Below the pieces are notes generated by a model. It saw only the letters and a program-made list of their open reading frames with translations, did no database searches and was not told the DNA's origin. A stretch of DNA of 58,788 nt from a virus (Duplodnaviria; Caudoviricetes), in IMG/VR virus record IMGVR_UViG_3300007094_000198, positions 1 through 58,788 of that record. One strand, written 5' to 3'. Both the position numbers and the translations under genes were made by a program. Of this stretch, positions 57,193 through 58,788 are shown piece by piece; the stretch's first letter is position 1; the number at the start of each line of letters is the position of its first letter.

Positions 57193-58263
57193 TTAGTTTA
57201 TTATGAACGGATCGTGTGCTTTGTATGAAAAGTCTGGACCTTTAAAAAATAATTCAGATGCAACAGTGTTTAAATCTACCCGTGTAACATCTGTTAATTT
57301 TTGATGAGAAGAGCAATGCGTTATACTATTAAATAAGTCATACGCGTTAATATTTGAATTAGCAGTAGATAGCCATCTACTGTTCATATTTTTCACCTTT
57401 TTGTCTTTATACGCTTCAACAATTATAGTGTCGTTGAAATAACTATTAGCTAAATCTTCTGACTCTTTTAAAAGAACGTTACGAGCATTGTAAAACTCTC
57501 GAAGAGATGCTTTATTTTCTTTTAGTTTCTTACTTGATTGCTTCACTGTGTTTTGTAAGTCTTTAGCGACAGTTGTATTAATCAGTTTATTGAATGCACT
57601 TTGTCTAAATTCTCTATTTTGAAAATATCTTTGAGAAGACATATGAGTAACAGTCATGCCATTTACGCAGCTAAGTCTTAAAAAATAAGGCGATACTTGA
57701 GTTTTATTTTCCCCTAATGTTAAACTAAACCCACCTGACCATAAATCACTGTTATCTCCGAACACATCTATAGTTAAGTCTGTATTACGGAAGCGCGTCT
57801 CCAGTTGTAAGGTATGCAAATTAAAACTAACATCCTGTATCTTTATGTTCTCTCCTTGAGAAGCTATATAACCCTCTATATATTCAATACCCTTATTCAA
57901 ATTTAACTCTGAAATATTTTCAATAGGTTCATCATTAAAACGTAATATCTTTTTCTCTTGATTGTTCCTTATATCACAAAACGCGGTGATAGTTCTATCG
58001 TTTTTTATATTGGATAGACTGCTATGGAGCGGGGACCATTGAGTTTCATCGTTCTGTATTTCACCTATTAGATTATTTCTTATTGAAAGAATTCTAAGTA
58101 AATCATTCAACGCGGTTTCAGATACTGAGTTTTCATCATAAAAAAACTCTATTCCTCTTTTTTGTATCTTAGATAACTGTACAGGTACTTTAATAATACC
58201 TTTTATATCTGGTAATACGTTATTAATTTTCTCGTTTAAGAGAGTTACATGTGGTAAATGCAT
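57193..58263 (-). CDS. DUF932-like phage protein
   Basis: PYFLRLSCVNGM, NAYDLFNSITH; promoter TTGATG-N16-TATAAT at 58275-58302. Confidence 0.5.
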   Translation of the reverse strand: MHLPHVTLLNEKINNVLPDIKGIIKVPVQLSKIQKRGIEFFYDENSVSETALNDLLRILSIRNNLIGEIQNDETQWSPLHSSLSNIKNDRTITAFCDIRNNQEKKILRFNDEPIENISELNLNKGIEYIEGYIASQGENIKIQDVSFNLHTLQLETRFRNTDLTIDVFGDNSDLWSGGFSLTLGENKTQVSPYFLRLSCVNGMTVTHMSSQRYFQNREFRQSAFNKLINTTVAKDLQNTVKQSSKKLKENKASLREFYNARNVLLKESEDLANSYFNDTIIVEAYKDKKVKNMNSRWLSTANSNINAYDLFNSITHCSSHQKLTDVTRVDLNTVASELFFKGPDFSYKAHDPFIIN

Positions 58264-58298
58264 TATTAGATGTAATTATAGAAGGTATCTATAATACA

Positions 58299-58788
58299 TC
58301 AAGTTGTTTTTTGTAACGCTGTAGAGAAATCGTTTCGCATGTGTTCTACAGCTTTATATAAAGTTATTTTATACTTTTTCGCTTTACCAGGTTTTGTATT
58401 TAAAGCTTTAAAAAAACCAAGTTTATCAAATATAACTTGAGGGGTGTTTGCTTTAGTAAGCTCGTTAAACTTAACAAGAGGGGTCTTTGCAAAATTTAAA
58501 ACACTATTTAAGAATTTCTCGTGTTTAGCATTATATAATTTAACAAGATCGAAATCTTGTAATTTTAAATACTTTTTAGCTAGACGCTTATATTCTTCAG
58601 ACGTATTATATAATGAATTAACAACACTACTTATAATTGCCTCAGTTTCTATAGGTTCAAGATAATAATCTTCTCCTGGCTCTTCTTTCACTACTTCTTC
58701 TTGATATTTATCAGATGTAGTTTTGTAATGTTGCACAGATTGTACAATTTCATGGGATACAACAGTAAAAATATCTTGCTTAAAATAT
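58299..58788 (-). CDS. Hypothetical protein, 5' truncated by window end
   Basis: Frame stays open from 58736 to the window edge. Confidence 0.55.
   Translation of the reverse strand, partial: YFKQDIFTVVSHEIVQSVQHYKTTSDKYQEEVVKEEPGEDYYLEPIETEAIISSVVNSLYNTSEEYKRLAKKYLKLQDFDLVKLYNAKHEKFLNSVLNFAKTPLVKFNELTKANTPQVIFDKLGFFKALNTKPGKAKKYKITLYKAVEHMRNDFSTALQKTT

Noticed and set aside
2042-58665. Many 60-125 aa opposite-strand or nested ORFs in the ORF track
   Set aside because: They are shadows of well-supported genes, with no motifs or expression signals.
1971-58788. Stop-codon reassignment
   Set aside because: Core genes are full length in the standard code with dense packing; TAA, TAG and TGA all end genes.
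1-58788. tRNA or rRNA genes
   Set aside because: Intergenic gaps are short and I saw no cloverleaf or T-loop signature; tRNAscan-SE would confirm.

Overview
About 56.8 kb (roughly 1971-58788) is the replication and nucleotide-metabolism region of a large AT-rich T4-like myophage. It carries uvsX, gp43, gp46/47, gp55, uvsW, uvsY, gp61, nrdA/B, rnh, dCMP deaminase and hsp20. At about 1970 it joins abruptly, inside the gp41 helicase gene, to about 2 kb of more GC-rich bacterial-type DNA (a patatin-like 3' end and an AraC pseudogene); this is probably a chimeric contig end. Main points of interest: (1) a 7-deazaguanine DNA-modification set directly behind the DNA polymerase (DpdA3-like TGT, PurN-like formyltransferase, P-loop kinase, QueF), plus QueD/QueE; (2) a roughly 12.7 kb glycan island splitting gp47 from gp46 that encodes a form IV RuBisCO-like protein with a cupin and a nucleotidyltransferase, and a second glycan island at 49-57 kb; (3) an hsp20 mRNA with a ROSE-like thermometer and a perfect 14-nt 5'UTR/3'UTR complementarity; (4) two promoter classes (TTGnnn-N16-TATAAT and ATAAATA late) lying almost on the start codons. 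All product calls come from motif recognition by eye, not database searches.
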